Made by a program: the position numbers and the translations under genes. The notes beneath the pieces were generated by a model. That model had not been told where the DNA came from. It worked only from the letters and a program-made list of their open reading frames with translations, and made no database searches. 64,000 nucleotides of DNA, taken from assembly GCA_944324905.1 (NCBI GenBank), contig CALUYB010000002.1, forward strand, positions 17,834 to 81,833, in the 5' to 3' direction. The DNA comes from Candidatus Gastranaerophilales bacterium. GTDB taxonomy: Bacteria > Cyanobacteriota > Vampirovibrionia > Gastranaerophilales > Gastranaerophilaceae. This document shows positions 28,972-37,143 of this stretch, one piece after another; position 1 is the stretch's first letter, and each line of letters starts with the position of its first letter.

Positions 28972-29979
28972 ATGAAAGTATATTTAGGTATAGATGTCGG
29001 TTCGGTTACAACAAAACTGGCAGTAATAGATGAAAACGGTAAATACATTGATTCTTACATGTTAAGAACATCGGGTCAGCCTGTAAAAGCTGTGCAAAAC
29101 GGGCTTAGTGAGTTGTTAAAAAAATCACTATGTGATTATGAAGTATGCTCGGTAGGTACAACAGGTAGCGGCAGAAACCTTGCAGGGGCTTTAGTTGGTG
29201 CCGATGTTATAAAAAATGAAATAACGGCACATGCTGTTGCGGCGTCTGTTATTGTCCCAGGGGTTCAGACTATCCTTGAAATTGGCGGACAAGACAGTAA
29301 AATAATTATTTTGCGCGACGGCATTGTAACGGATTTTGCAATGAACACTGTTTGTGCTGCAGGAACGGGGAGTTTTCTTGACCAACAAGCAGGCAGGCTA
29401 AATGTTAAAATCGAAGACTTTGGAACAATTGCACTGCAGTCTACTTCTCCTGCCAGAATTGCAGGTCGTTGCGGCGTTTTTGCAGAGTCTGATTTAATCC
29501 ATAAACAGCAATTGGGCTATCCTGTTGAAGATTTGCTATATGGACTTTGTCAGGCGCTTGTTAGAAATTATTTATCAAATCTTGCTTTAGGTAAGGAACT
29601 TTTGCCAATAGTAACATTCCAAGGCGGTGTCGCAACAAATAAAGGCATGGTCAAAGCCTTTGAAGAAGCTTTAGGTTGCGAGATTGTAGTTCCTCCAAAT
29701 CATCAAACAATGGGTGCAATAGGTGCAGCATTGCTTGCTATGGAGCAACATCAGTTTACAAACGAGCAAACAAAATTCAAGGGTTGGCAAACAAAAGACA
29801 TGCATTTTAACTCTGTAACATGCACTTGTGAAGGTTGTTCAAATAATTGCGAAGTAATCTCAATTGTCGAAGGTGACATTGAACCGCTAAAACCAGGGGA
29901 AGCTCATAAAATTACTGATGTAAAAGGTAATTTAATTGCTCGTTGGGGTGGAACTTGCGGAAGATGGGATATAGGATAA
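28972..29979 (+). CDS. BadF/BadG/BcrA/BcrD-type ATPase (2-hydroxyacyl-CoA dehydratase activase-like) with a Cys-rich C-terminal extension
   Basis: MKVYLGIDVGSVTTKLAVID, ITAHA, EIGGQDSK, the cluster-bridging CAAGTGSF and GRCGVFAESD. The C-terminus carries CTCEGCSNNCE...GGTCGRWD. Confidence 0.8.
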   Translation: MKVYLGIDVGSVTTKLAVIDENGKYIDSYMLRTSGQPVKAVQNGLSELLKKSLCDYEVCSVGTTGSGRNLAGALVGADVIKNEITAHAVAASVIVPGVQTILEIGGQDSKIIILRDGIVTDFAMNTVCAAGTGSFLDQQAGRLNVKIEDFGTIALQSTSPARIAGRCGVFAESDLIHKQQLGYPVEDLLYGLCQALVRNYLSNLALGKELLPIVTFQGGVATNKGMVKAFEEALGCEIVVPPNHQTMGAIGAALLAMEQHQFTNEQTKFKGWQTKDMHFNSVTCTCEGCSNNCEVISIVEGDIEPLKPGEAHKITDVKGNLIARWGGTCGRWDIG

Positions 29980-29987
29980 TTTGATAC

Positions 29988-30020
29988 AAAAAAACCGCCC
30001 TTTTGGGCGGTTTTAAATTT
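29988..30020. terminator. Bidirectional rho-independent terminator
   Basis: AAAACCGCCC TTTT GGGCGGTTTT (29991-30014), flanked by A-runs and T-runs, between convergent genes. Confidence 0.8.
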
Positions 30021-30021
30021 T

Positions 30022-31146
30022 CTAAGCACTTACTTTGCTTTTTGCTTTTTCTACACACTCGATAAGGGTTTTTGCAACTGTTCTTTGTTCTTCTTCTGTA
30101 ATTTCAGCAAACATTGGTAAAGATAGAACAAGTTTTGTATTTTTTTCAGTGTTAGGCAGCAAGCCTTCTTTTAAACCAAGGTGAGCGTGTACTTTTTGCA
30201 AGTGCAGTGGTACAGGGTAGTATATCATAGCGCCGATACCATTTTCCTGTAAAAGTTTATGAACTTCATCGCGGTTTGGAACTTTAACGGTATATTGGTG
30301 ATAAACGCAGTATGTGTTGTCAAGCTCTTTTGGTGTTTCTATGTCTTTTGCGTCTTTAAATAATTCATTATAATAAGCAGCATGTTCGCGTCTTTTCTTG
30401 TTCCATTCGTCAATGTAGTTTAATTTTACTCTTAAAATTGCTGCTTGAATTTCATCTAATCTTGAATTTACACCGATTTCATCGTGGTAATATCTGATAG
30501 CACCACCATGGTTTCTAAGTGCTATCATGCGATTTTTAAGGAATTCGCTATTTGTTACTGCAAGACCGCCATCGCCCATTGTACCAAGATTTTTAGTAGG
30601 ATAAAAACTAAAGCAGCCAATATCACCAAAAGTACCGACTTTTTTACCTTTGTATTCTGCGCCAATTGCTTGACAAGCATCTTCTATTACAAATAAATCA
30701 TGTCTTTTTGCGATATCCATAATTACATCCATATTGCAAGGTTGTCCGTACAAGTGAACAGGCAAAATTGCTTTTGTTCTAGGCGTAATTTTTGATTCTA
30801 TTTCATTAACGTCAATGTTAAATGTATCAGGATCGATATCTACAAATACCGGTTTTGCGCCAACAATACCGATTGCTTCTGTTGTTGCAACAAAAGTAAA
30901 TGCTACTGTTATAACTTCGTCGCCCGCGCCAATGTCTAAAGCTCTTAGTGCAAGATGCAAAGCATCTGTACCACTGTTTAGTGTTACTGCATTTTTTACA
31001 TCCAAAAATTTTGCAATTTCTTCTTCAAAGGCTTTACAGTTTTTGCCCAAAATGTATGAGCCGCTTCTTAAAACTTCTACAACTTCTTTTTCAACTTCTG
31101 CCCCAACTGTTGCATACTGTCTTTTTGAATCAATAATAGGTATCAT
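30022..31146 (-). CDS. DegT/DnrJ/EryC1/StrS-family PLP-dependent sugar aminotransferase
   Basis: 374 aa. GDEVITVAFTFVAT, DACQAIGA and the SFYPTKNLG PLP-lysine block. GGGAGAG ribosome-binding site. Confidence 0.9.
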   Translation of the reverse strand: MIPIIDSKRQYATVGAEVEKEVVEVLRSGSYILGKNCKAFEEEIAKFLDVKNAVTLNSGTDALHLALRALDIGAGDEVITVAFTFVATTEAIGIVGAKPVFVDIDPDTFNIDVNEIESKITPRTKAILPVHLYGQPCNMDVIMDIAKRHDLFVIEDACQAIGAEYKGKKVGTFGDIGCFSFYPTKNLGTMGDGGLAVTNSEFLKNRMIALRNHGGAIRYYHDEIGVNSRLDEIQAAILRVKLNYIDEWNKKRREHAAYYNELFKDAKDIETPKELDNTYCVYHQYTVKVPNRDEVHKLLQENGIGAMIYYPVPLHLQKVHAHLGLKEGLLPNTEKNTKLVLSLPMFAEITEEEQRTVAKTLIECVEKAKSKVSA

Positions 31147-31216
31147 ATTTTACTCTCCCGATACTAACTTAATTATATGTTAGCACAAAATTAAAAGCTC
31201 TTAACATAATCTTTAT

Positions 31217-31264
31217 GAACAAAAAAGCGCATCAAATACCCTATAAAGTGTATAAAATGCGCTT
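31217..31264 (-). terminator. Putative terminator downstream of the flagellin gene
   Basis: 9-bp stem AAAGCGCAT / ATGCGCTTT (31223-31231 / 31256-31264) with a large 24-nt loop. The minus strand reads a T-run after the stem. Confidence 0.4.
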
Positions 31265-31304
31265 TAATGTGTGCTTTATGGAGAGAAATTTGGGTTAATT
31301 TCTG

Positions 31305-32231
31305 CTATATTAGGCTTAATGCCAATGAAGGTAATTGGTTAGCTTGTGTTAACATTGAACCTGAAACTTGTTCAAGTATTTGTTGTTTTATCATTTCAGA
31401 GCTTGCTTCTGCAACGTCTGTATCTGTAATTCTTGATTTAGCAGTTGTTATATTTTCAACAGTAATTGTTAAATTATCATATGTTGATGTCATTCTGTTC
31501 AAATAACCGCCTAAAAGACCCCTTGCTTCGGTTACATTTGTAATTGCTGCTTGAATTGTATCCATATATGCCCTAAAATTATCGCCTGTGGGGTCAAAAT
31601 CTCCACTGGTTGGGTCTAATTCAGGTGGTAAAATAATACCATCTACTGTTCCTGAGTCTGTTGTTGTCCCAATACCCAGTGTTGACAGGTGGCAGTCCGT
31701 AAATGCTCCTGAAATATCAAGAGTATTTAAAGGATTATCTGCGTTTTGAGTATCAGAGTAAGGGCCGATTTGAACGATGAATCTTTTGTCTGGATCATTT
31801 GGGTCAAATGTTCCATCTAACATTGTTCTTCCGTTAAATTGTGTTGATTGTGCGACAACATTAATGTCTTCCAATCTTTGCTGAACTTCCACAAGAATTG
31901 CTTTTCTTGATTCGACACTGTTTGTGTCGTTTGCACCTTGGATTAAAAGTTCGTTAATTCTTTGCAAGTGATCACCGATTGTAATCATCCCGCCCTCTGC
32001 TACTGCTGCAAAGTTTTGTGCGTCTTGCACGTTGTCCATTGCTCTGTTTGAGCCATTAATTTGGACTCTCATGTTTTCTGAAATCACAAGCCCTGCTGCA
32101 TCGTCACCGGCGTTGTTAATTCTTTTACCGGTTGTTAGTTGCTGCATAGCCTTTTGTAAAGCACTGAGTGACTTGTTAAGGCTGTTTTGGGCAATTAGTG
32201 ATGGTACGTTAGTGTTTACTGAAATTGCCAT
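31305..32231 (-). CDS. fliC: Flagellin
   Basis: N-terminus MAISVNTNVPSLIAQNSLNKS...RINNAGDDAAGL and C-terminus ...EASSEMIKQQILEQVSGSMLTQANQLPSLALSLI are canonical D0/D1 flagellin ends. The variable region is short and T/D/G-rich. Confidence 0.92.
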   Translation of the reverse strand: MAISVNTNVPSLIAQNSLNKSLSALQKAMQQLTTGKRINNAGDDAAGLVISENMRVQINGSNRAMDNVQDAQNFAAVAEGGMITIGDHLQRINELLIQGANDTNSVESRKAILVEVQQRLEDINVVAQSTQFNGRTMLDGTFDPNDPDKRFIVQIGPYSDTQNADNPLNTLDISGAFTDCHLSTLGIGTTTDSGTVDGIILPPELDPTSGDFDPTGDNFRAYMDTIQAAITNVTEARGLLGGYLNRMTSTYDNLTITVENITTAKSRITDTDVAEASSEMIKQQILEQVSGSMLTQANQLPSLALSLI

Positions 32232-32261
32232 TTTTCTCTCCTAAGTTTTTCCACAAAAAAG

Positions 32262-32288
32262 TTGTCGAACAAATTTTCTTATACTTTA
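32262..32288 (-). promoter_or_regulatory. Putative sigma-28 (FliA)-type promoter of the flagellin gene
   Basis: The minus strand reads TAAAGTAT-N11-TTCGACAA, compared with the consensus TAAAGTTT-N11-GCCGATAA. It lies ~30 nt upstream of the ribosome-binding site. Confidence 0.5.
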
Positions 32289-32426
32289 GTTTGTCTTTCT
32301 TATACTAAAGTTGCACATTTTTCCTAAAATGCTTTAATAACGTGCATTTTGCCCCTTTAAGGGCATTATTTAAATATCCTCCATATAATGTAGAAAAAAC
32401 TTATTTTGTGTTAAAATAAGCTTGCT

Positions 32427-33146
32427 ATGCCTCATTTTTTTATAAATTCTAATAACATTTCAAACAAAATAATAACAATTAATGATAAGGAAACCTTAAA
32501 ACATTTATCTGAGTCGTTAAGGCTTAGCTGTGGTGAGGATTTAAAGCTGATTGATGAGAATGAAATTCAATACGAAACTGTTGTTTTTGAAATTACAAAA
32601 AAAACAATAAGGACAAAAATTAAAAAATATTACCCGTCAACGCGTAAATTAAATTATGATTTACATCTTGTTCAAAGCGTTCTAAAGCCTGACGCACAGG
32701 GTCTTTTAATCTCAAATGCTACTCAATGTGGTGTTAGCAAGATTATTCCCATTTTGAGTGACAACTGTGCTGTTTCAAAAAAAATGCTTATAGAAAAAAC
32801 GCAAAAATGGCAAAAAATTTCAAATGAAGCAGCAAAACAGTGTGAAAGGGCTAATTTGGCTCAAGTTGAGTGTATTGGTGATTTAAGTGTTTTAAAAGAG
32901 TATAAAAATAACAATATTCTTGTTTTTGCTGAAAAATATGCCAATATTACATTACAGGAGTCTTTGACTGATGTTGATAAAACCTGCCCTATTGCAGTAG
33001 TAATCGGACCTGAGGGCGGTTTTAGCGAGAGAGAATTTGAATTTTTTAAAGAAAATAATTATAAGTTAATAAGTTTGGGAGAGTTAATATTCAAAGCTCC
33101 AAACGCAGTTGTGGCGGGAATTTCTAATATTGTAACGAGGCTTTAA
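32427..33146 (+). CDS. rsmE: 16S rRNA (uracil1498-N3)-methyltransferase
   Basis: 239 aa; SPOUT-type C-terminal block VVIGPEGGFSEREFEF. Confidence 0.85.
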   Translation: MPHFFINSNNISNKIITINDKETLKHLSESLRLSCGEDLKLIDENEIQYETVVFEITKKTIRTKIKKYYPSTRKLNYDLHLVQSVLKPDAQGLLISNATQCGVSKIIPILSDNCAVSKKMLIEKTQKWQKISNEAAKQCERANLAQVECIGDLSVLKEYKNNNILVFAEKYANITLQESLTDVDKTCPIAVVIGPEGGFSEREFEFFKENNYKLISLGELIFKAPNAVVAGISNIVTRL

Positions 33147-33147
33147 A

Positions 33148-34509
33148 ATGAATAGCGTCCATGATGTTGAAAATATTATAAAATCAGATATTCAAATAAA
33201 TAAAATTAAAGATATTCTTGAAAAATACAACTGTTTTCTTGTTGGTGGTTGTATTCGCGATTATTTTTTGTCTAAAACTACTCCTGATAGAGATATTGTT
33301 ACACTGGGCAGTTCTTGTGATTTAGCCCTTGATATTGCGCAAAAAACCGGCGGAACTTTTATTGAATTGGACAGTGAAAATCAAATTTATAGAGTTGTAT
33401 TGCAGGACAAAATTGCATACTTTGATATTTCACATGCTCTTGAGGATGATATTTTAAAAGACGCTAAAAGGCGTGATTTTACGCTAAATTCTATATTTTA
33501 CGATTTTAAAGAACAAAAAATTTTTGACCCATGTGATGGTGTTGATTCGCTTTTAAAAAATGTATTAAAAACCCACAGTTTAAAAAACTTTGATGATGAT
33601 CCGTTAAGAATGCTAAGGGTTTTCAGGTTTATTGCGCAGTATAATTTTAATTTGGATGATGAAATTTTAAATTATATAGAGCAAGAAAAGAAAAATATAG
33701 AAAAATGTGCTAAAGAACGAGTTAATCAAGAACTTGTTAAGCTTTTTGGGGGCAAATACGCGCCTGAGGCATTATTGTTGGCTGATGATTGCAAATTTTT
33801 AAGTGAGATTTTTCCTTTTGTGGATGAAATTAAGAAAATTCCACCAAATACTCACCATCATTTGGATTTATTTCATCATTGTATCGAAACCATGCGCACT
33901 GTTCACACAAATAATCCTATGCTTAAACTTGCTGCTTTTTGTCATGACATAGGCAAGCCTAAAACTCACACTATTGAACCATCCGGCAGACATCGCTTTA
34001 TAGGGCATGATAAAGTTGGCGCAGAACTTATTAAGCCTATTCTTGCAAATCTTAAGTTTTCAAAAAAACAAATTGAGTATATAAGTTTAATGGTTGCAAA
34101 TCATATATATCCTTCAGCCCTTATGAGTGGTGAGGATGTGCAAGAAAAAGCAATGATAAGATTTATAAGAAAGTTAAATCCATATATTGAAGATATTATT
34201 GAGCTGGCGCGTGCTGATAGACTATGCGCCAGAGGTCCTTTGGTTAGCGATGAAATGGTAGAGAATAATTTAAATAATCTTGATAAGCTTTATAATTTTT
34301 ATTTAAAAATAAAGCCAAGGCTTGAGGCATTGCCAAAGTTGCTTGATGGCAGGGAAATTATGGAAAATTTAAACATTAAACCTTCACCTGTTTTAGGGAA
34401 AATTATAAATGCGCTGGAAGAAGAACAAATTGAAGGAAGGATAAAAACAAAAGAGGAAGCGGAAAAGTTTGTGAATGAGTGGTTTGCGCAGAATTGTAAA
34501 GATATGTAA
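33148..34509 (+). CDS. cca: CCA-adding tRNA nucleotidyltransferase with an HD domain
   Basis: GGCIRDYFL..DRDIV nucleotidyltransferase head, RRDFTLNS motif, and HD region HHHLDLFHH...CHDIGKP. Confidence 0.85.
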   Translation: MNSVHDVENIIKSDIQINKIKDILEKYNCFLVGGCIRDYFLSKTTPDRDIVTLGSSCDLALDIAQKTGGTFIELDSENQIYRVVLQDKIAYFDISHALEDDILKDAKRRDFTLNSIFYDFKEQKIFDPCDGVDSLLKNVLKTHSLKNFDDDPLRMLRVFRFIAQYNFNLDDEILNYIEQEKKNIEKCAKERVNQELVKLFGGKYAPEALLLADDCKFLSEIFPFVDEIKKIPPNTHHHLDLFHHCIETMRTVHTNNPMLKLAAFCHDIGKPKTHTIEPSGRHRFIGHDKVGAELIKPILANLKFSKKQIEYISLMVANHIYPSALMSGEDVQEKAMIRFIRKLNPYIEDIIELARADRLCARGPLVSDEMVENNLNNLDKLYNFYLKIKPRLEALPKLLDGREIMENLNIKPSPVLGKIINALEEEQIEGRIKTKEEAEKFVNEWFAQNCKDM

Positions 34510-34654
34510 CAAAAATAAATAATTCTGCAATTTTATACTTTTTATATACTTTATATATATGTAAGAGATAAATAAAATAAAAAGAAAAATAAGCAACCCT
34601 TAGATATATAATTCACACTAACTTCCTAACCTTCCCTTCCTATAAAAAAGTATT

Positions 34655-34678
34655 ACTCCCCTAAAGGGAGTTTTTTTT
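34655..34678. terminator. Hairpin plus T8 terminator about 145 nt downstream of cca
   Basis: ACTCCC CTAAA GGGAGT followed by TTTTTTTT. There is also a T-run on the opposite strand. Confidence 0.6.
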
Positions 34679-34917
34679 ATACTAAATTGGGACTTGACCG
34701 AAAGTTTTGTTCGGTGTAGATTTATATTGTTGTTTTTACAAAGGCGAGTGGTGCTATCCGAGTGAAACGAGGATATGAGGAATCTCAAAAAACCAATTTC
34801 GCCTGATGAATTGAAAATTGAATAGCAGATTTTGCGAGGCGTGGCAGCGAAGCGAACGCCGTATGCGAGCAAGCCTGTTGAAGGTTGCGAGCCCGCAATA
34901 ATCCAAGAGTAGATTTT

Positions 34918-35002
34918 GGGCGAGTGGCGAAATTGGTAGACGCGCTAGATTTAGGATCTTGTGCAGCAATGCGTGGGGGTTCGATTCCCTTCTCGCCCAC
35001 CA
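34918..35002 (+). tRNA. tRNA-Leu (anticodon TAG), long variable arm, CCA encoded
   Basis: Acceptor GGGCGAG/CTCGCCC. D arm GCGAAATTGGTAGACGC. Anticodon loop TTTAGGA. T loop GTTCGATTCC. 3' end is ACCA. Confidence 0.9.
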
Positions 35003-35007
35003 TACAA

Positions 35008-35031
35008 AGAGGGTCAAAGACCCTCTTTTTT
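35008..35031 (+). terminator. Rho-independent terminator of tRNA-Leu
   Basis: AGAGGGTC AAA GACCCTCT followed by TTTTTT. Confidence 0.8.
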
Positions 35032-35737
35032 AATGCTTAAATTAAATAAACGCGTCATCCTGAACTTGTTTCAGGATCTTATTAGTAATTGTCTAGAGCA
35101 TAAAGTGGATAAGACCCTGAAATAAATTCAGGATGACAGGTTGAGTGTTCAGGGTGACAGGTTGAGTGTTCAGGGTGACAGGTTGGCAATTCAGGGTGAC
35201 CTATTTACTCGAAAACCCCCTCTTTTTTAATGCTTAAATTAAATAAACGCGTCATCCTGAACTTGTTTCAGGATCTTATTAGTAATTGTCTAGAGCATAA
35301 AGTGGATAAGACCCTGAAATAAATTCAGGGTGATAAGTTGGGTGTTCATGGTGACAGGTTGATAATTCAGGGTGACAGGTTGGGTGTTCAGGGCGTCAGG
35401 TTGTAATTCAGGGTGACCTATTTACTCGAAAACCCCTCTTTTTTAATGCTTAAATTACATAAACGCGTCATCCTGAACTTGTTTCAGGATCTTATTAGTA
35501 ATTGTCTAGAGCATAAAGTGGATAAGACCCTGAAATAAATTCAGGGTGACAGGTTGGGTGTTCAGTGTTACAGGTTGGCAATTCAGGGTGACAAGTTGGT
35601 AATTCAGGGTGACAGGTTGGGTGTTCAGTGTTACAGGTTGGCAATTCAGGGTGACAGGTTGGGTGTTCAGTGTTACAGGTTGGCAATTCAGGGTGACATA
35701 TTTACTTAAAAACCCCTCTTTTCTAATGCTTGAATTC
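35021..35737. repeat. Nested tandem-repeat array: three units (197, 216 and 280 bp), each with two palindromes and a run of 21-bp direct repeats
   Basis: Unit boundaries CCCTCTTTTTTAATGCTTAAATTA occur at 35021, 35218 and 35434, plus a degenerate fourth boundary at 35714. There are 17 phased copies of TTCAGGGTGACAGGTTGNNNN, starting at 35127, 35324 and 35540. Palindromes are ATCCTGAA-N5-TTCAGGAT and ACCCTGAA-N5-TTCAGGGT. Confidence 0.95.
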
Positions 35738-35789
35738 TATTCCCCACTTATGTAATTTATTTTTTACCCCTTTATCTTATTATCTGATA

Positions 35790-37052
35790 ATGCAAAGAAT
35801 TATCAGAAACACTCTTTTAAATTATCTGCCCAAAGATTTGATAACCGAGCAAAATGTTAATCCGTTGCGAATTTATGAGCTAAATAATGCTGATATTAAA
35901 AATGGTAAAATAATTTACCTCATGCAAAGAGAAATCCGCCCTTTTGACAATTTCGCACTTCAATTTTGTCAGGAAATGGCTGCTAAATTGGGCATGCCAT
36001 ATAAAATTATTTGTCCGAAATTTTCTTGCGATTATATGCCAAAAGAAAATTTTATAAACAATCAAATTGAGCATGTTAAAGGTGAATTTTTAAAAAAGAA
36101 TATCGACTTTAGTCTTTTTATTGGCAACAGTTCTGAGCTTTTTAAATATTTGCAAAACGAACAAATTGCAATGTTGATTGTTGATTTTAGTCCTATTTTA
36201 AATCGAGATAAGCTAAAAAAATTTCCATTTAAAGTATATGAGGTTGACTCGCATAATATAATTCCTGCACGCTTTTTGTCAGATAAACAAGAGTATGGCG
36301 CATCTACAATCAGAAGAAAAATCTATAAAAATATTTACCCGTTTTTTACAAAATATAAAGAAAAATCACCTATATCACCCTACTTGCAGGATTTTATAGA
36401 AAATAAACTGCCATATTATGCAAAATACCGAAATGACCCGACAAAAAATGTTCAGTCAGGATTATCAAAATATTTAAATCTGGGCTTTATTTCCTCTCAA
36501 AGAGTTGCTCTTGAAGTTTTTAGTGCAGATGTAAGTGATGAAAACAAGGAGGCTTTTTTTGAAGAATTAATTGTACAAATGAGTCTTGCAGACAACTTTT
36601 GTCTTTATTGCAGTGATTTTAAAAGCTTAAAATGTATACAAAATTGGGCAAAAAATACAATTTTAGAACATAAAAATGATATTAGGGAGTATATTTACTC
36701 AACTAACGCCCTTGAGGAGGCTAAAACTCACGACAAGCTTTGGAATGCAACGCAAAAACAACTTGTGTGCGATGGTGTAATCCATGGGTATTTAAGAATG
36801 TATTGGGCAAAGCAAATTGCAAAGTGGACAAAAACCGCTCAAGATGCACTTGATGTTGCAATTTATTTGAATGATAAATATGCATACGACTCACCCTCAT
36901 CAAACGGTTATGCAGGAATTTTGTGGTCGATTGGTGCTTTGCATGATAGAGCTTTTGTAAATCGCTATTTGACAGGCAAAATCAGAACCATGACATATAA
37001 ATCTATAAGCAAGAAATTTGATATAAATAAATACATTGATAAATACCAATAA
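35790..37052 (+). CDS. phr: Class II deoxyribodipyrimidine (CPD) photolyase
   Basis: IYLMQREIRPFDNFALQF matches the class II YWMxRDxRxxDNWAL block. The C-terminus has LWNATQ...HGYLRMYWAKQIAKWT. The ATG at 35790 is preferred over the TTG at 35730, which lies in the repeat boundary. Confidence 0.85.
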   Translation: MQRIIRNTLLNYLPKDLITEQNVNPLRIYELNNADIKNGKIIYLMQREIRPFDNFALQFCQEMAAKLGMPYKIICPKFSCDYMPKENFINNQIEHVKGEFLKKNIDFSLFIGNSSELFKYLQNEQIAMLIVDFSPILNRDKLKKFPFKVYEVDSHNIIPARFLSDKQEYGASTIRRKIYKNIYPFFTKYKEKSPISPYLQDFIENKLPYYAKYRNDPTKNVQSGLSKYLNLGFISSQRVALEVFSADVSDENKEAFFEELIVQMSLADNFCLYCSDFKSLKCIQNWAKNTILEHKNDIREYIYSTNALEEAKTHDKLWNATQKQLVCDGVIHGYLRMYWAKQIAKWTKTAQDALDVAIYLNDKYAYDSPSSNGYAGILWSIGALHDRAFVNRYLTGKIRTMTYKSISKKFDINKYIDKYQ

Positions 37053-37143
37053 TATGCTCAAAAAGCATAATTAAGTATTTATTATAAGTATTTGCTATTT
37101 TTTAAAAAAGCCTCATAATAAGAATAACAAATAAGGAGGATTT

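Noticed and set aside
34740-35002. Group I intron in tRNA-Leu (as in cyanobacterial/plastid tRNA-Leu UAA)
   Set aside because: The tRNA at 34918-35002 is continuous, with an uninterrupted TAG anticodon loop. The upstream segment shows none of the group I core elements I know.
34618-35017. Three overlapping minus-strand ORFs (84, 87 and 72 aa)
   Set aside because: They run antisense through the tRNA-Leu gene and the GC-rich non-coding patch. They lack ribosome-binding sites and have Arg/Leu/Ser-rich composition typical of spurious frames.
35495-35686. 63-aa ORF on the minus strand encoding a heptad-repeat peptide (PTCNTEH/PTCHPEL...)
   Set aside because: It lies entirely inside the 21-bp (7-codon) DNA repeat, so any stop-free frame stays open on both strands. 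It has no ribosome-binding site, and the conservation pattern follows the DNA palindromes rather than a coding frame.
35127-35707. Possible CRISPR array
   Set aside because: The repeats are 21 bp and directly abutting, with no unique spacers. No cas genes or leader are present. The higher-order 197-280 bp unit structure is unlike CRISPR.
34918-35737. Integrated mobile element or prophage at tRNA-Leu
   Set aside because: The repeated boundary sequence looks att-like, but there is no integrase, transposase or phage gene. The next gene is a photolyase, followed by ordinary metabolic genes.
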